Assembly (NCBI GenBank): GCA_032718475.1
Contig: JAUCBJ010002152.1
Location: forward strand, 10,293-74,292
DNA from: Nemertoderma westbladi
Lineage: Eukaryota > Animalia > Xenacoelomorpha
Direction of reading: 5' to 3'
Length of the DNA stretch: 64,000 nt
Of this stretch, positions 12,590-22,083 are shown in pieces (position 1 is the first letter of the stretch; each line of letters opens with the position of its first letter). The notes under the pieces are model-generated. The model had not been told where the DNA came from and ran no database searches. It saw only the letters and a list, made by a program, of their open reading frames with translations. The position numbers and the translations under genes are program-made.

Positions 12590-14000
12590 AAAGGGTGGTA
12601 CGTGTAGTACCGTTAGTAGAAGAGTTAGTAGGAGGGTACGTGTAGTACCGTTAGTAGAAGAGTTAGTAGGAGGGTACGTGTAGTACCGTTAGTAGGAGGG
12701 TACGTGTAGTACCGTTAGTAGAAGAGTTAGTAGGAGGGTACGTGTAGTACCGTTAGTAGAAGAGAGTTAGAGGGTACGTAAGTACCGCTAGTTAGTTAGA
12801 GTTAGAGGGTACGTAAGTACCGCTAGTTAGTTAGAGAGCTAGAGGGTACGTAAGTACCACTAGGTAGTTAGAGTTAGAGGGTACGTAGTACCGCTAGTTA
12901 GAGTAAGAGTTAGAGGGTACGTAGTACCGCTAGTTAGAGTAGTAAGAGGGTACGTTGTACCGCTAGCTAGTAGAGAGAGCTAGAGTAGTAAGAGGGTACG
13001 TTGTACCGCTAGCTAGTAGAGAGAGCTAGAGTAGTAAGAGGGTACGTAGTACCTCTAGTTAGGGGTGTTAGTAGTAGCAGTAGAGGGTTGTGGGCACCGT
13101 AAGCGCCACGTAGTTAGAGTTAGTAGGGAATGCGCTGAACTTAGTGGGGCACGGGCGTGATGATGTGTTTGATGTAAGAGCAAGGTATGTTAATTAGGGT
13201 GGGTGCCGGGCACAAGAGGTGCCGGGCACAAAAAGAGTAGAGTAGTAGACGGGCACATAGGGTGCCAGGTAGTAGAGTTAGAGAGTTAGAGATAGTGTAG
13301 AGTAGTAGAGAGGGCACATAGGGTGCCAGTTAGTAGAGTTAGAAGGTGCCGGGCACAAGAGGTGCCGGGCACAAAAAGAGTTAGTAGAGTTAGAAGAGAG
13401 TTAGTAGAGTTAGTAGAGTCAGTAGTAGTTCACATAATTAATGTACCCACTCTGCCGGCACTCAGAGCGTCACGTGTAGGCGATGAGACGTAAAGGGGGT
13501 GTAGAGGAGTAGAGACGGGCACATAGGGTGCCAGAGAGTAGAAGAGTAGAGACGGGCACATAGGGTGCCAGGTAGTAGAGTAGAGCAGAGGGGGCACATA
13601 GGGTGCCAGGTAGTAGAGCTAGAGAGGTAGTTGAGTAGTAGAAGGGCACATAGGGTGCCAGATAGTAGAGTGGTTGTGGGCACCGCAAGCGCCACGTAGT
13701 TAGTAGAGCTAGTTAGTAGAGTTAGTAGAGCTAGTTAGTAGAGTTAGTAGAGCTAGTTAGTAGAGTTAGCAGAGCTAGTGGAGTAGAGTTAGTAGAGCTA
13801 GTTAGCAGAGTTGGTAGACTCAGAGGAGTCAAGTAGAGTTAGTAGAAGTAGAGAGCTAGTAGGAGTTAGTTAGACTTAGTAGAGAGTTAGAGTCAGTAGA
13901 AAGTTAGAGGCTCTCAGTTAGAGTTAGAAGTAGTAAGAGTTAGTAGTTAGCAGAGTTAGTTAGATAGTTAGAGTTAGTAAGCAGTAGGTAGATAGTATGA
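12590..14000 (+). repeat. Purine-rich tandem array with repeated short stem-loops (GGTAC-loop-GTACC, GGCAC-loop-GTGCC)
   Basis: About 13 GGTAC...GTACC units and about 8 GGCAC...GTGCC units embedded in AGTTAG/AGTAG-rich, C-poor spacers. Confidence 0.85.
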
Positions 14001-14386
14001 TAGCACAGGGGTAGCATTAGAGATTAAAGCCTTAGGGAGTGACAAGAGAGTAGAGAGTAATAGTGCGGAGTGCGAAGAGAGCGTGGGCGCAATTCAAGTG
14101 TGGGGGAGGAGAAGTGAGAGGAAGAGTGTGGGACGAGGACGTCCGGGGGTATGCGAGAGTTGGAGTAGAGTGGTGAGAGTGTTGGGGAAACAAAAATTGT
14201 GTGAGAGAAGCGCACGATCGGCCCGACACGAGACGCCAGAGGGTAGTGACATCATACCCATAGGGAGCGGCCTGGAAAGCCGACTCCGAAAAAATAGACC
14301 CACCCCACACCCGATGCTAGATCGGGATCCAGCGGAATTGTAGCGCACTTGAGTTGGATGCTATCTTCTCACCGGGAAGATAGCAT

Positions 14387-14395
14387 GGGGGGGAG
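14387..14395 (+). promoter_or_regulatory. Polypurine tract of the LTR element
   Basis: G-run plus AG directly abutting the 3' LTR TG. Confidence 0.75.
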
Positions 14396-14924
14396 TGTTA
14401 GCTTATCCAATTCCGCTAACACAAACCCATAGAGTGAGCCATAAAGCAATATTGGGAGCACGAGGTTGATTACCAATCAACCTCGTGTCAGCCCAGTAAA
14501 CGGGGACAATAGGCCCCAAAGGAGACACACACAATAGGGGTCAGGGGCCAAACCCCTAACCGAGAGAGAACACAGGGAGTGAAGGGAAACACTCCAAAGG
14601 GTGCCAACAGGGATATCAACCAATCAGAGGGGGGAAAGGCATCGATTGAGTAGCAATAAGGCCACCGTGCAATATAACCAGTAACCTGTAATCATTCATT
14701 CAGTTTACTCAGTCAGATCAGTAGGGTGGAACGGGGACTTCTGTCACCGTCCGCTACTGCCATTATATATTACCTGTTGTGTCATAATATACTATATCAA
14801 CTATCAGACTATTATACCTTTATACATATTACCCAACATCAGAACTCTTTTACCTTTCACACACGGCGGGGACGCGTGGATAGAAAACCCAACGGATAAA
14901 CCGGGATCCGCAGATCCCGTCACA
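14396..14924 (+). repeat. 3' LTR (529 bp)
   Basis: Direct repeat of 8244-8772, followed by TSD GTATA. Confidence 0.95.
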
Positions 14925-15309
14925 GTATATGCTGACGACGTGGCCACCAACTACACGCATCATGCATATATTATATTATATTGATTGACAACTCCACGAC
15001 CGCTGTCGCCAAATCAACAAACCAACCAGTATGATACATGAGATTCCGTCACGTTCCAGCTACGCGTATACGAGTATTAGTGATTATTATTACGCAATAA
15101 TTTTTTTTGTTTATACAGTAGTTCCCTACCGGCTAATCAACCAATCAATAAACCGAATTTAGGCTATTTCTCAGTTTAAGACCTGTATTATTTTTGAAAA
15201 TATCTTATATATATAATCTCTTGCTTTAATTGCAATTAATCATTTGTAATGGTTTTAGTTTAAAAGTTTTTACTTTGTTTGTTTAATTTACAATAAAATA
15301 AATTAAATA

Positions 15310-15753
15310 ATGTCTTCTGATTCCGATATGGTTATGCCAATAGTAAGGCATTCATTTTTTGCAGAAGATGGTCAAGCCTATATTGTTATTGATTATACAA
15401 TTTACCGTCAGGGAGATGATAAATATAAAATTGAGTTTTCTGAAAAAGCCAGGAAAGTTTTAAGCTCAATTGATATTGATGCTTCTGATAATAGTATTCA
15501 TCTTTTAGATTACAACCTGAAAGCTGAGCATGGGGGAAAATTAACCAACATCTTACTATTATCCATGATAGAGGGGTTTATTGTTATTACACAATACAAC
15601 GAAGCTGGTGAAAAGTTTGAAATACGGCTAAATCGGCATAGCCCCTACGAAATTATGTCTTTCTTTATTGTAATGATTTCAAAAGAATCCTTTATCGAAA
15701 CTGAAGAATCAACGGATAATGTTGAATATGTTGATAATATCATTGATTCTTGA
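15310..15753 (+). CDS. Maverick accessory protein of unknown function (147 aa, acidic C-terminus)
   Basis: Clean ATG ORF with upstream TATA-like TATATATA (~15207); first gene after the left end. Confidence 0.7.
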   Translation: MSSDSDMVMPIVRHSFFAEDGQAYIVIDYTIYRQGDDKYKIEFSEKARKVLSSIDIDASDNSIHLLDYNLKAEHGGKLTNILLLSMIEGFIVITQYNEAGEKFEIRLNRHSPYEIMSFFIVMISKESFIETEESTDNVEYVDNIIDS

Positions 15754-15918
15754 CTTTTCCCTCTATATTATAAATATTTTATGATTATATATAAAATTTT
15801 GTTGTTTTTAAATAATCGAAAATTGTAGTAGTATTTGTATATACAGTATAACAGTTTTGTTTGTTGTTGTTGTTGTGTATTGTGGTAATTATTTTCAATT
15901 TACTTTAAAATTTGGAAA

Positions 15919-16371
15919 ATGGATATTTTAAATGAAAAATGTCCAGTTTGCTATTCTAAGTTATTGCAACAACATCGAGATTATTATAAATGTGAAAATA
16001 AACATGCAACTTGCGTACAATGTATTGTACAATATTCCGAAATGAATAATTATTGTTCTAAAATTTGTCCTATTTGTCGCGCACCCATATCTAAGTTTAA
16101 TATAAAGTTGGCAAGATACCAACCCTATTATTGGAAAGAGCTTCGCAATATAACTTATATTTCTGCGAAAAGTAATGATCCGGGAGATTTATTTACAATA
16201 TTGGAGAATATTTTTTATAGAAACGTAGTTCGAAGGTGTTGCTATTATATTCCTTATTTTTTTAGCAGCGAACATAAAAAAATCATTAGCGCGAAATTCT
16301 CGGGAAGTGATTTCCAAACCGCCGATGTTACCTATCATTATTTCGCGTATAAAGATGCTCACCATGCTTGA
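15919..16371 (+). CDS. C3HC4 RING-finger protein (putative E3 ligase), copy 1
   Basis: CPVC...CENKHATCVQC...CPICR. Confidence 0.85.
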   Translation: MDILNEKCPVCYSKLLQQHRDYYKCENKHATCVQCIVQYSEMNNYCSKICPICRAPISKFNIKLARYQPYYWKELRNITYISAKSNDPGDLFTILENIFYRNVVRRCCYYIPYFFSSEHKKIISAKFSGSDFQTADVTYHYFAYKDAHHA

Positions 16372-16587
16372 AATTACATCAGTCTATACTATAATTGGAA
16401 ATAGCACCTTTTGTTGCAGCGAGCGTCACATACTGTAGTGGCGTCATATGTTAATTAAATATACAGTACTCTAATATTGTAGTTGCATCAATTATTGTTA
16501 TATACATAGTAATGGTGTTGGTTTATTGATATTGATATTGATATTATATTATATTGTATTGTTGATATATCTTAATAATAATAATAA

Positions 16588-17268
16588 ATGGCTGACTTTA
16601 ATTCAGGCCCATATAATTTAAACTTTCAAATGGGAACGAGTATGATAATTTCAGGGCCATCTGGTTCCGGAAAGTCAACCTTTGTAAGCAATTTAATTAA
16701 ACACAAGAATGGCTGCTTCAACGAAGCCCCCTTGCGAGTATTGTATTGTTACGGGAGCAATCCCCCGACTATTCCCGGTATTACTCACCTTTACAAAGGC
16801 TTGCCTGAAAATATAGATAGATTAGTCAATAGTCGAGATTTATTAATTATAGATGATTTGTTAACAGAAACTGAGTCCAGTACAGCATTAACTGTATTGT
16901 TTACTAAGGTAGCTCATCATTCCAATATATTTATTTGTTTTATAACGCAAAACATGTTTTACGGTGGGAAGCATAACCGCACAAGATCAATTAATAGCCA
17001 TACTTTAGTATTAATGAAAAATCCGAGAGACAGTCTATCGGTTTTAAATTTCGCGAAGCAAATGTTACCAGGGCAGACCAAATTTTTAGTTGATTCCTAT
17101 CAAGATGCAACAATTCAACCATTTTCACATTTCTTAATTGATTTACGACAGGAAACACCCGAACATTTAAGATTTAGATCGGATATATTTCGTAATCATA
17201 ATTGTTACATTAAAAATTACATTGACTATAAACGTAGCGAAAATAATAATAATAATAATGATAAATAA
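16588..17268 (+). CDS. FtsK/A32-like genome packaging ATPase, intact copy
   Basis: Walker A GPSGSGKS, Walker B LLIIDD, HH-N-ICFITQN, DLRQETPEHLRFRS. Confidence 0.93.
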   Translation: MADFNSGPYNLNFQMGTSMIISGPSGSGKSTFVSNLIKHKNGCFNEAPLRVLYCYGSNPPTIPGITHLYKGLPENIDRLVNSRDLLIIDDLLTETESSTALTVLFTKVAHHSNIFICFITQNMFYGGKHNRTRSINSHTLVLMKNPRDSLSVLNFAKQMLPGQTKFLVDSYQDATIQPFSHFLIDLRQETPEHLRFRSDIFRNHNCYIKNYIDYKRSENNNNNNDK

Positions 17269-17305
17269 TTAATATTTTGTAACAATTTTCAATAATGTTG
17301 CAACA

Positions 17306-17689
17306 ATGAATAGACTTGTGCAGAAATATCGTAACGAACTGGAATTTCTACGCAGCGCTACCCCTCAACAAAGAACTTATTTTATTAACCATACCGCCAG
17401 TAACGAATTAATACGGCTCATTGTAAATACCGCATTAAATGTTCTAAAAGGTAACGTACAATTGACCCCTCATTCATTTAGAAATATTCGGCGCTATAAG
17501 AAGGTATTGAAATCCCTCAACCGTAAAACAAAAAATATATCAAGTTACAGAAAAAAGTTAAGCAATCAATCTGGAGGCATACTACCGTTTCTAATACCCT
17601 TACTCGGCATTGGTGCGAAACTTGCCGCGAGTGCCGGTGCCGCTGCCGCTGGGGCTGCTATTGCGAAAAAAATTAACCGTGGACGGTAA
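17306..17689 (+). CDS. Basic virion core protein with putative adenain site (QSGG|IL) and C-terminal hydrophobic/amphipathic helix, copy 1
   Basis: ALNVLKGNVQL motif and NQSGGILPFLIPLLG, as in small Maverick proteins between ATPase and integrase. Confidence 0.75.
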   Translation: MNRLVQKYRNELEFLRSATPQQRTYFINHTASNELIRLIVNTALNVLKGNVQLTPHSFRNIRRYKKVLKSLNRKTKNISSYRKKLSNQSGGILPFLIPLLGIGAKLAASAGAAAAGAAIAKKINRGR

Positions 17690-17691
17690 TA

Positions 17692-17862
17692 ATGGTTCAA
17701 ACGGGAGTAACATTTAGAAAATTATATTTAGTATCGAGTAAACCGTTAGCTACTGATTTAAAACCACAAGATATACCTAGAGTAAATACTACAAAAAGAA
17801 AACCCTTTAAAACATCAACTTCAAAGAAAATAATCAAAAAATTTCAGTTGTTCTTACGGTGA
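17692..17862 (+). CDS. Small basic ORF (56 aa, MVQTGVTFRKLYLVSS...), copy 1; not in the ORF track
   Basis: ATG 2 nt after the upstream stop, Lys-rich, fills the gap before integrase; open in both copies. Confidence 0.5.
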   Translation: MVQTGVTFRKLYLVSSKPLATDLKPQDIPRVNTTKRKPFKTSTSKKIIKKFQLFLR

Positions 17863-17913
17863 TGCCCTTTATAAGAGATTTGAATATACATATTACTTGC
17901 GGTTGTCGAAAAG

Positions 17914-18315
17914 ATGCCTCGCAAGATGAAACCGATTTTAAGCCGAAGATTAGACAAAAAACTGTTAAGAATTTATTTAGATCCTTCATCCCCTGCGGGA
18001 TTTGCAAGTGTTGCAAAATTAGCAAAAGCTGCAAACATCAAACCAGCGCAAGCCCAGAAATGGTTGAGCGGGCAAAAGACATACACCCTTCACGCTCCAC
18101 GTAGACAACATTATCCAACATCTAAAATATTTACGGGAGGCATAAAAGATATATATATGATAGATCTGGTGGATATGCAGCAATATAAATCGCAAAATAA
18201 TAATTATAACTATATATTAACGTGCATTGATGCCTTCAGTCGGCTTGCTTTTGCCTATGCTATGAAAACAAAAAAGGGTGTTGAAATTATTAGTATTCAA
18301 ATACTATATTATTAG
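17914..18315 (+). pseudogene. Integrase 5' fragment truncated at the duplication breakpoint
   Basis: Near-identical to 20744-21126 up to 18296, then filler sequence and a stop. Confidence 0.9.
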
Positions 18316-18319
18316 TGCA

Positions 18320-18583
18320 AATAGTATTCATCTTTTAGATTACAACCTGAAAGCTGAGCATGGGGGAAAATTAACCAACATCTTACTATTATCCATGATA
18401 GAGGGGTTTATTGTTATTACACAATACAACGAAGCTGGTGAAAAGTTTGAAATACGGCTAAATCGGCATAGCCCCTACGAAATTATGTCTTTCTTTATTG
18501 TAATGATTTCAAAAGAATCCTTTATCGAAACTGAAGAATCAACGGATAATGTTGAATATGTTGATAATATCATTGATTCTTGA
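18320..18583 (+). pseudogene. 5'-truncated copy of the 15310-15753 gene
   Basis: Matches 15490-15753; lacks the start codon. Confidence 0.85.
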
Positions 18584-18748
18584 CTTTTCCCTCTATATTA
18601 TAAATATTTTATGATTATATATAAAATTTTGTTGTTTTTAAATAATCGAAAATTGTAGTAGTATTTGTATATACAGTATAACAGTTTTGTTTGTTGTTGT
18701 TGTTGTGTATTGTGGTAATTATTTACAATTTACTTTAAAATTTGGAAA

Positions 18749-19201
18749 ATGGATATTTTAAATGAAAAATGTCCAGTTTGCTATTCTAAGTTATTGCAAC
18801 AACATCGAGATTATTATAAATGTGAAAATAAACATGCAACTTGCGTACAATGTATTGTACAATATTCCGAAATGAATAATTATTGTTCTAAAATTTGTCC
18901 TATTTGTCGCGCACCCATATCTAAGTTTAATATAAAGTTGGCAAGATACCAACCCTATTATTGGAAAGAGCTTCGCAATATAACTTATATTTCTGCGAAA
19001 AGTAATGATCCGGGAGATTTATTTACAATATTGGAGAATATTTTTTATAGAAACGTAGTTCGAAGGTGTTGCTATTATATTCCTTATTTTTTTAGCAGCG
19101 AACATAAAAAAATCATTAGCGCGAAATTCTCGGGAAGTGATTTCCAAACCGCCGATGTTACCTATCATTATTTCGCGTATAAAGATGCTCACCATGCTTG
19201 A
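18749..19201 (+). CDS. RING-finger protein, copy 2
   Basis: Protein identical to 15919-16371. Confidence 0.85.
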   Translation: MDILNEKCPVCYSKLLQQHRDYYKCENKHATCVQCIVQYSEMNNYCSKICPICRAPISKFNIKLARYQPYYWKELRNITYISAKSNDPGDLFTILENIFYRNVVRRCCYYIPYFFSSEHKKIISAKFSGSDFQTADVTYHYFAYKDAHHA

Positions 19202-19417
19202 AATTACATCAGTCTATACTATAATTGGAAATAGCACCTTTTGTTGCAGCGAGCGTCACATACTGTAGTGGCGTCATATGTTAATTAAATATACAGTACT
19301 CTAATATTGTAGTTGCATCAATTATTGTTATATACATAGTAATGGTGTTGGTTTATTGATATTGATATTGATATTATATTATATTGTATTGTTGATATAT
19401 CTTAATAATAATAATAA

Positions 19418-20098
19418 ATGGCTGACTTTAATTCAGGCCCATATAATTTAAACTTTCAAATGGGAATGAGTATGATAATTTCAGGGCCATCTGGTTCCGG
19501 AAAGTCAACCTTTGTAAGCAATTTAATTAAACACAAGAATGGCTGCTTCAACGAAGCCCCCTTGCGAGTATTGTATTGTTAAGGGAGCAATCCCCCGACT
19601 ATTCCCGGTATTACTCACCTTTACAAAGGCTTGCCTGAAAATATAGATAGATTAGTCAATAGTCGAGATTTATTAATTATAGATGATTTGTTAACAGAAA
19701 CTGAGTCCAGTACAGCATTAACTGTATTGTTTACTAAGGTAGCTCATCATTCCAATATATTTATTTGTTTTATAACGCAAAACATGTTTTACGGTGGGAA
19801 GCATAACAGCACAAGATCAATTAATAGCCATACTTTAGTATTAATGAAAAATCCGAGAGACAGTCTATCGGTTTTAAATTTCGCGAAGCAAATGTTACCA
19901 GGGCAGACCAAATTTTTAGTTGATTCCTATCAAGATGCAACAATTCAACCATTTTCACATTTCTTAATTGATTTACGACAGGAAACACCCGAACATTTAA
20001 GATTTAGATCGGATATATTTCGTAATCATAATTGTTACATTAAAAATTACATTGACTATAAACGTAGCGAAAATAATAATAATAATAATGATAAATAA
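19418..20098 (+). pseudogene. Packaging ATPase copy 2 with a nonsense codon
   Basis: TAC in copy 1 is TAA at 19580-19582. Confidence 0.9.
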
Positions 20099-20135
20099 TT
20101 AATATTTTGTAACAATTTTCAATAATGTTGCAACA

Positions 20136-20519
20136 ATGAATAGACTTGTGCAGAAATATCGTAACGAACTGGAATTTCTACGCAGCGCTACCCCTCAACA
20201 AAGAACTTATTTTATTAACCATACCGCCAGTAACGAATTAATACGGCTCATTGTAAATACCGCATTAAATGTTCTAAAAGGTAACGTACAATTGACCCCT
20301 CATTCATTTAGAAATATTCGGCGCTATAAGAAGGTATTGAAATCCCTCAACCGTAAAACAAAAAATATATCAAGTTACAGAAAAAAGTTAAGCAATCAAT
20401 CTGGAGGCATACTACCGTTTCTAATACCCTTACTCGGCATTGGTGCGAAACTTGCCGCGAGTGCCGGTGCCGCTGCCGCTGGGGCTGCTATTGCGAAAAA
20501 AATTAACCGTGGACGGTAA
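20136..20519 (+). CDS. Virion core protein with QSGG site, copy 2
   Basis: Protein identical to 17306-17689. Confidence 0.75.
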   Translation: MNRLVQKYRNELEFLRSATPQQRTYFINHTASNELIRLIVNTALNVLKGNVQLTPHSFRNIRRYKKVLKSLNRKTKNISSYRKKLSNQSGGILPFLIPLLGIGAKLAASAGAAAAGAAIAKKINRGR

Positions 20520-20521
20520 TA

Positions 20522-20692
20522 ATGGTTAAAACGGGAGTAACATTTAGAAAATTATATTTAGTATCGAGTAAACCGTTAGCTACTGATTTAAAACCACAAG
20601 ATATACCTAGAGTAAATACTACAAAAAGAAAACCCTTTAAAACATCAACTTCAAAGAAAATAATCAAAAAATTTCAGTTGTTCTTACGGTGA
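20522..20692 (+). CDS. Small basic ORF, copy 2
   Basis: Duplicate of 17692-17862 (Q3K). Confidence 0.5.
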   Translation: MVKTGVTFRKLYLVSSKPLATDLKPQDIPRVNTTKRKPFKTSTSKKIIKKFQLFLR

Positions 20693-20743
20693 TGCCCTTT
20701 ATAAGAGATTTGAATATACATATTACTTGCGGTTGTCGAAAAG

Positions 20744-21835
20744 ATGCCTCGCAAGATGAAACCGATTTTAAGCCGAAGATTAGACAAAAAACTGTTAAGA
20801 ATTTATTTAGATCCTTCATCCCCTGCGGGATTTGCAAGTGTTGCAAAATTAGCAAAAGCTGCAAACATCAAACCAGCGCAAGCCCAGAAATGGTTGAGCG
20901 GGCAAAAGACATACACCCTTCACGCTCCACGTAGACAACATTATCCAACATCTAAAATATTTACGGGAGGCATAAAAGATATATATATGATAGATCTGGT
21001 AGATATGCAGCAATATAAATCGCAAAATAATAATTATAACTATATATTAACGTGCATTGATGCCTTCAGTCGGCTTGCTTTTGCCTATGCTATGAAAACA
21101 AAAAAGGGTGTTGAAATTATTAGTATATTGCAAAAAATATTCCAGAAAGGAAAACCAAACAGAATCGCCACAGATCAAGGTTCTGAGTTTCTAAATAAAT
21201 CTGTAAGGAAATATTTAGATACGTTAGGTATACAGTATTACGTAATATATTCTGTGAATAAGGCGGCTATTGTCGAGAGATTCAACAGAACCTTAAAAAC
21301 AAAGATGTTCAAAATTTTCACGCAAAGGGGAAATAATATTTGGATAAAAATTTTACCTAAGCTTATCTCGGCTTATAATAGGTCGTATCATAGGACAATA
21401 AAAATGACACCTATTGAAGTTAATAAATTTAATGAAACTGAATTAATGAATAGATTATATGGGAAATATAGACAGATAAATCACAAGAAAATAAAATTTA
21501 AAGTTGGAGATACAGTACGATTATCTATTGCTCGTACTGCTTTTGCTAAAGGCTATCGAGAACAATGGACACGTGAATTATTTATTATTCATCGTGTCAG
21601 GTTGGATAGAGTACCAGCGGTAATGTTCAATATTAAGGACAGCGCTGGAGCTATAATAAAGGGCTCATTTTATTCTCACGAACTCCAAAAGGTCCACCCG
21701 AATAGTAATATTTATCTAGCAATTGACAAAAAAAATATTGGCAAACTTAAAGAGCGTGTACGCAATGGGAAGAAAGAATATTTAGTCCGATTCATCGGAT
21801 CCAAGAAACAGTCCTGGGTACAGCATATTCAATAA
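20744..21835 (+). CDS. Retroviral-like (rve) DDE integrase with C-terminal chromodomain-like segment
   Basis: MIDLVDM, CIDAFSR, IATDQGSEF, KAAIVERFNRTLK, YNRSYHRTIKMTP, KFKVGDTVR, KEYLVRF...SWV. Confidence 0.95.
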   Translation: MPRKMKPILSRRLDKKLLRIYLDPSSPAGFASVAKLAKAANIKPAQAQKWLSGQKTYTLHAPRRQHYPTSKIFTGGIKDIYMIDLVDMQQYKSQNNNYNYILTCIDAFSRLAFAYAMKTKKGVEIISILQKIFQKGKPNRIATDQGSEFLNKSVRKYLDTLGIQYYVIYSVNKAAIVERFNRTLKTKMFKIFTQRGNNIWIKILPKLISAYNRSYHRTIKMTPIEVNKFNETELMNRLYGKYRQINHKKIKFKVGDTVRLSIARTAFAKGYREQWTRELFIIHRVRLDRVPAVMFNIKDSAGAIIKGSFYSHELQKVHPNSNIYLAIDKKNIGKLKERVRNGKKEYLVRFIGSKKQSWVQHIQ

Positions 21836-22083
21836 GCTTAGGTTTATACTGTATATTAATTCATTTTGGTCGCATATGACCGTAATTAATCAATAATATT
21901 AACTCGAATGATATTACTATATCTATAGTTCATCCGCTTTAAATAAAGCCAGTAAAATATTGATCCCTCGCATATACTGTAGAAGATGCGGCAATGAACG
22001 TGGTCACAGATGTCTATAATTTAACATTATACTGTATGTACAAAGGAGTCAAGTAGAGAGAGCGAGCTTAAATAATAATAATA

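Larger units (their letters stand above)
8244..14924 (+). mobile_element. Non-autonomous (gag-only) LTR retrotransposon, BEL/Pao-like, inserted just inside the Maverick left TIR
   Basis: Two 529-bp TG...CA LTRs; 5-bp TSD GTATA at 8239-8243 and 14925-14929; polypurine tract; Gag-type Zn knuckles; no RT/RNase H/integrase ORF. Confidence 0.92.
15490..21126 (+). repeat. 2,807-bp tandem duplication (15490-18296 and 18320-21126) with a 23-bp junction insert
   Basis: All ORFs recur at +2830; the copies differ by only a few substitutions. Confidence 0.95.

Noticed and set aside
12590-14000. CRISPR-like appearance (palindromic repeats with spacers)
   Set aside because: Spacers are low-complexity and mutually similar rather than unique, there are no cas genes, and the context is eukaryotic.
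13690-14000. Telomeric repeat tract
   Set aside because: AGTTAGTAGAG-type units are not TTAGG/TTAGGG arrays and lie inside an LTR element.
17859-18104. Cys-containing 81-aa ORF (and its copy at 20689-20934) overlapping integrase
   Set aside because: Mostly an alternative frame of the integrase with no recognisable motif; it cannot be excluded entirely because its ATG overlaps the preceding stop.
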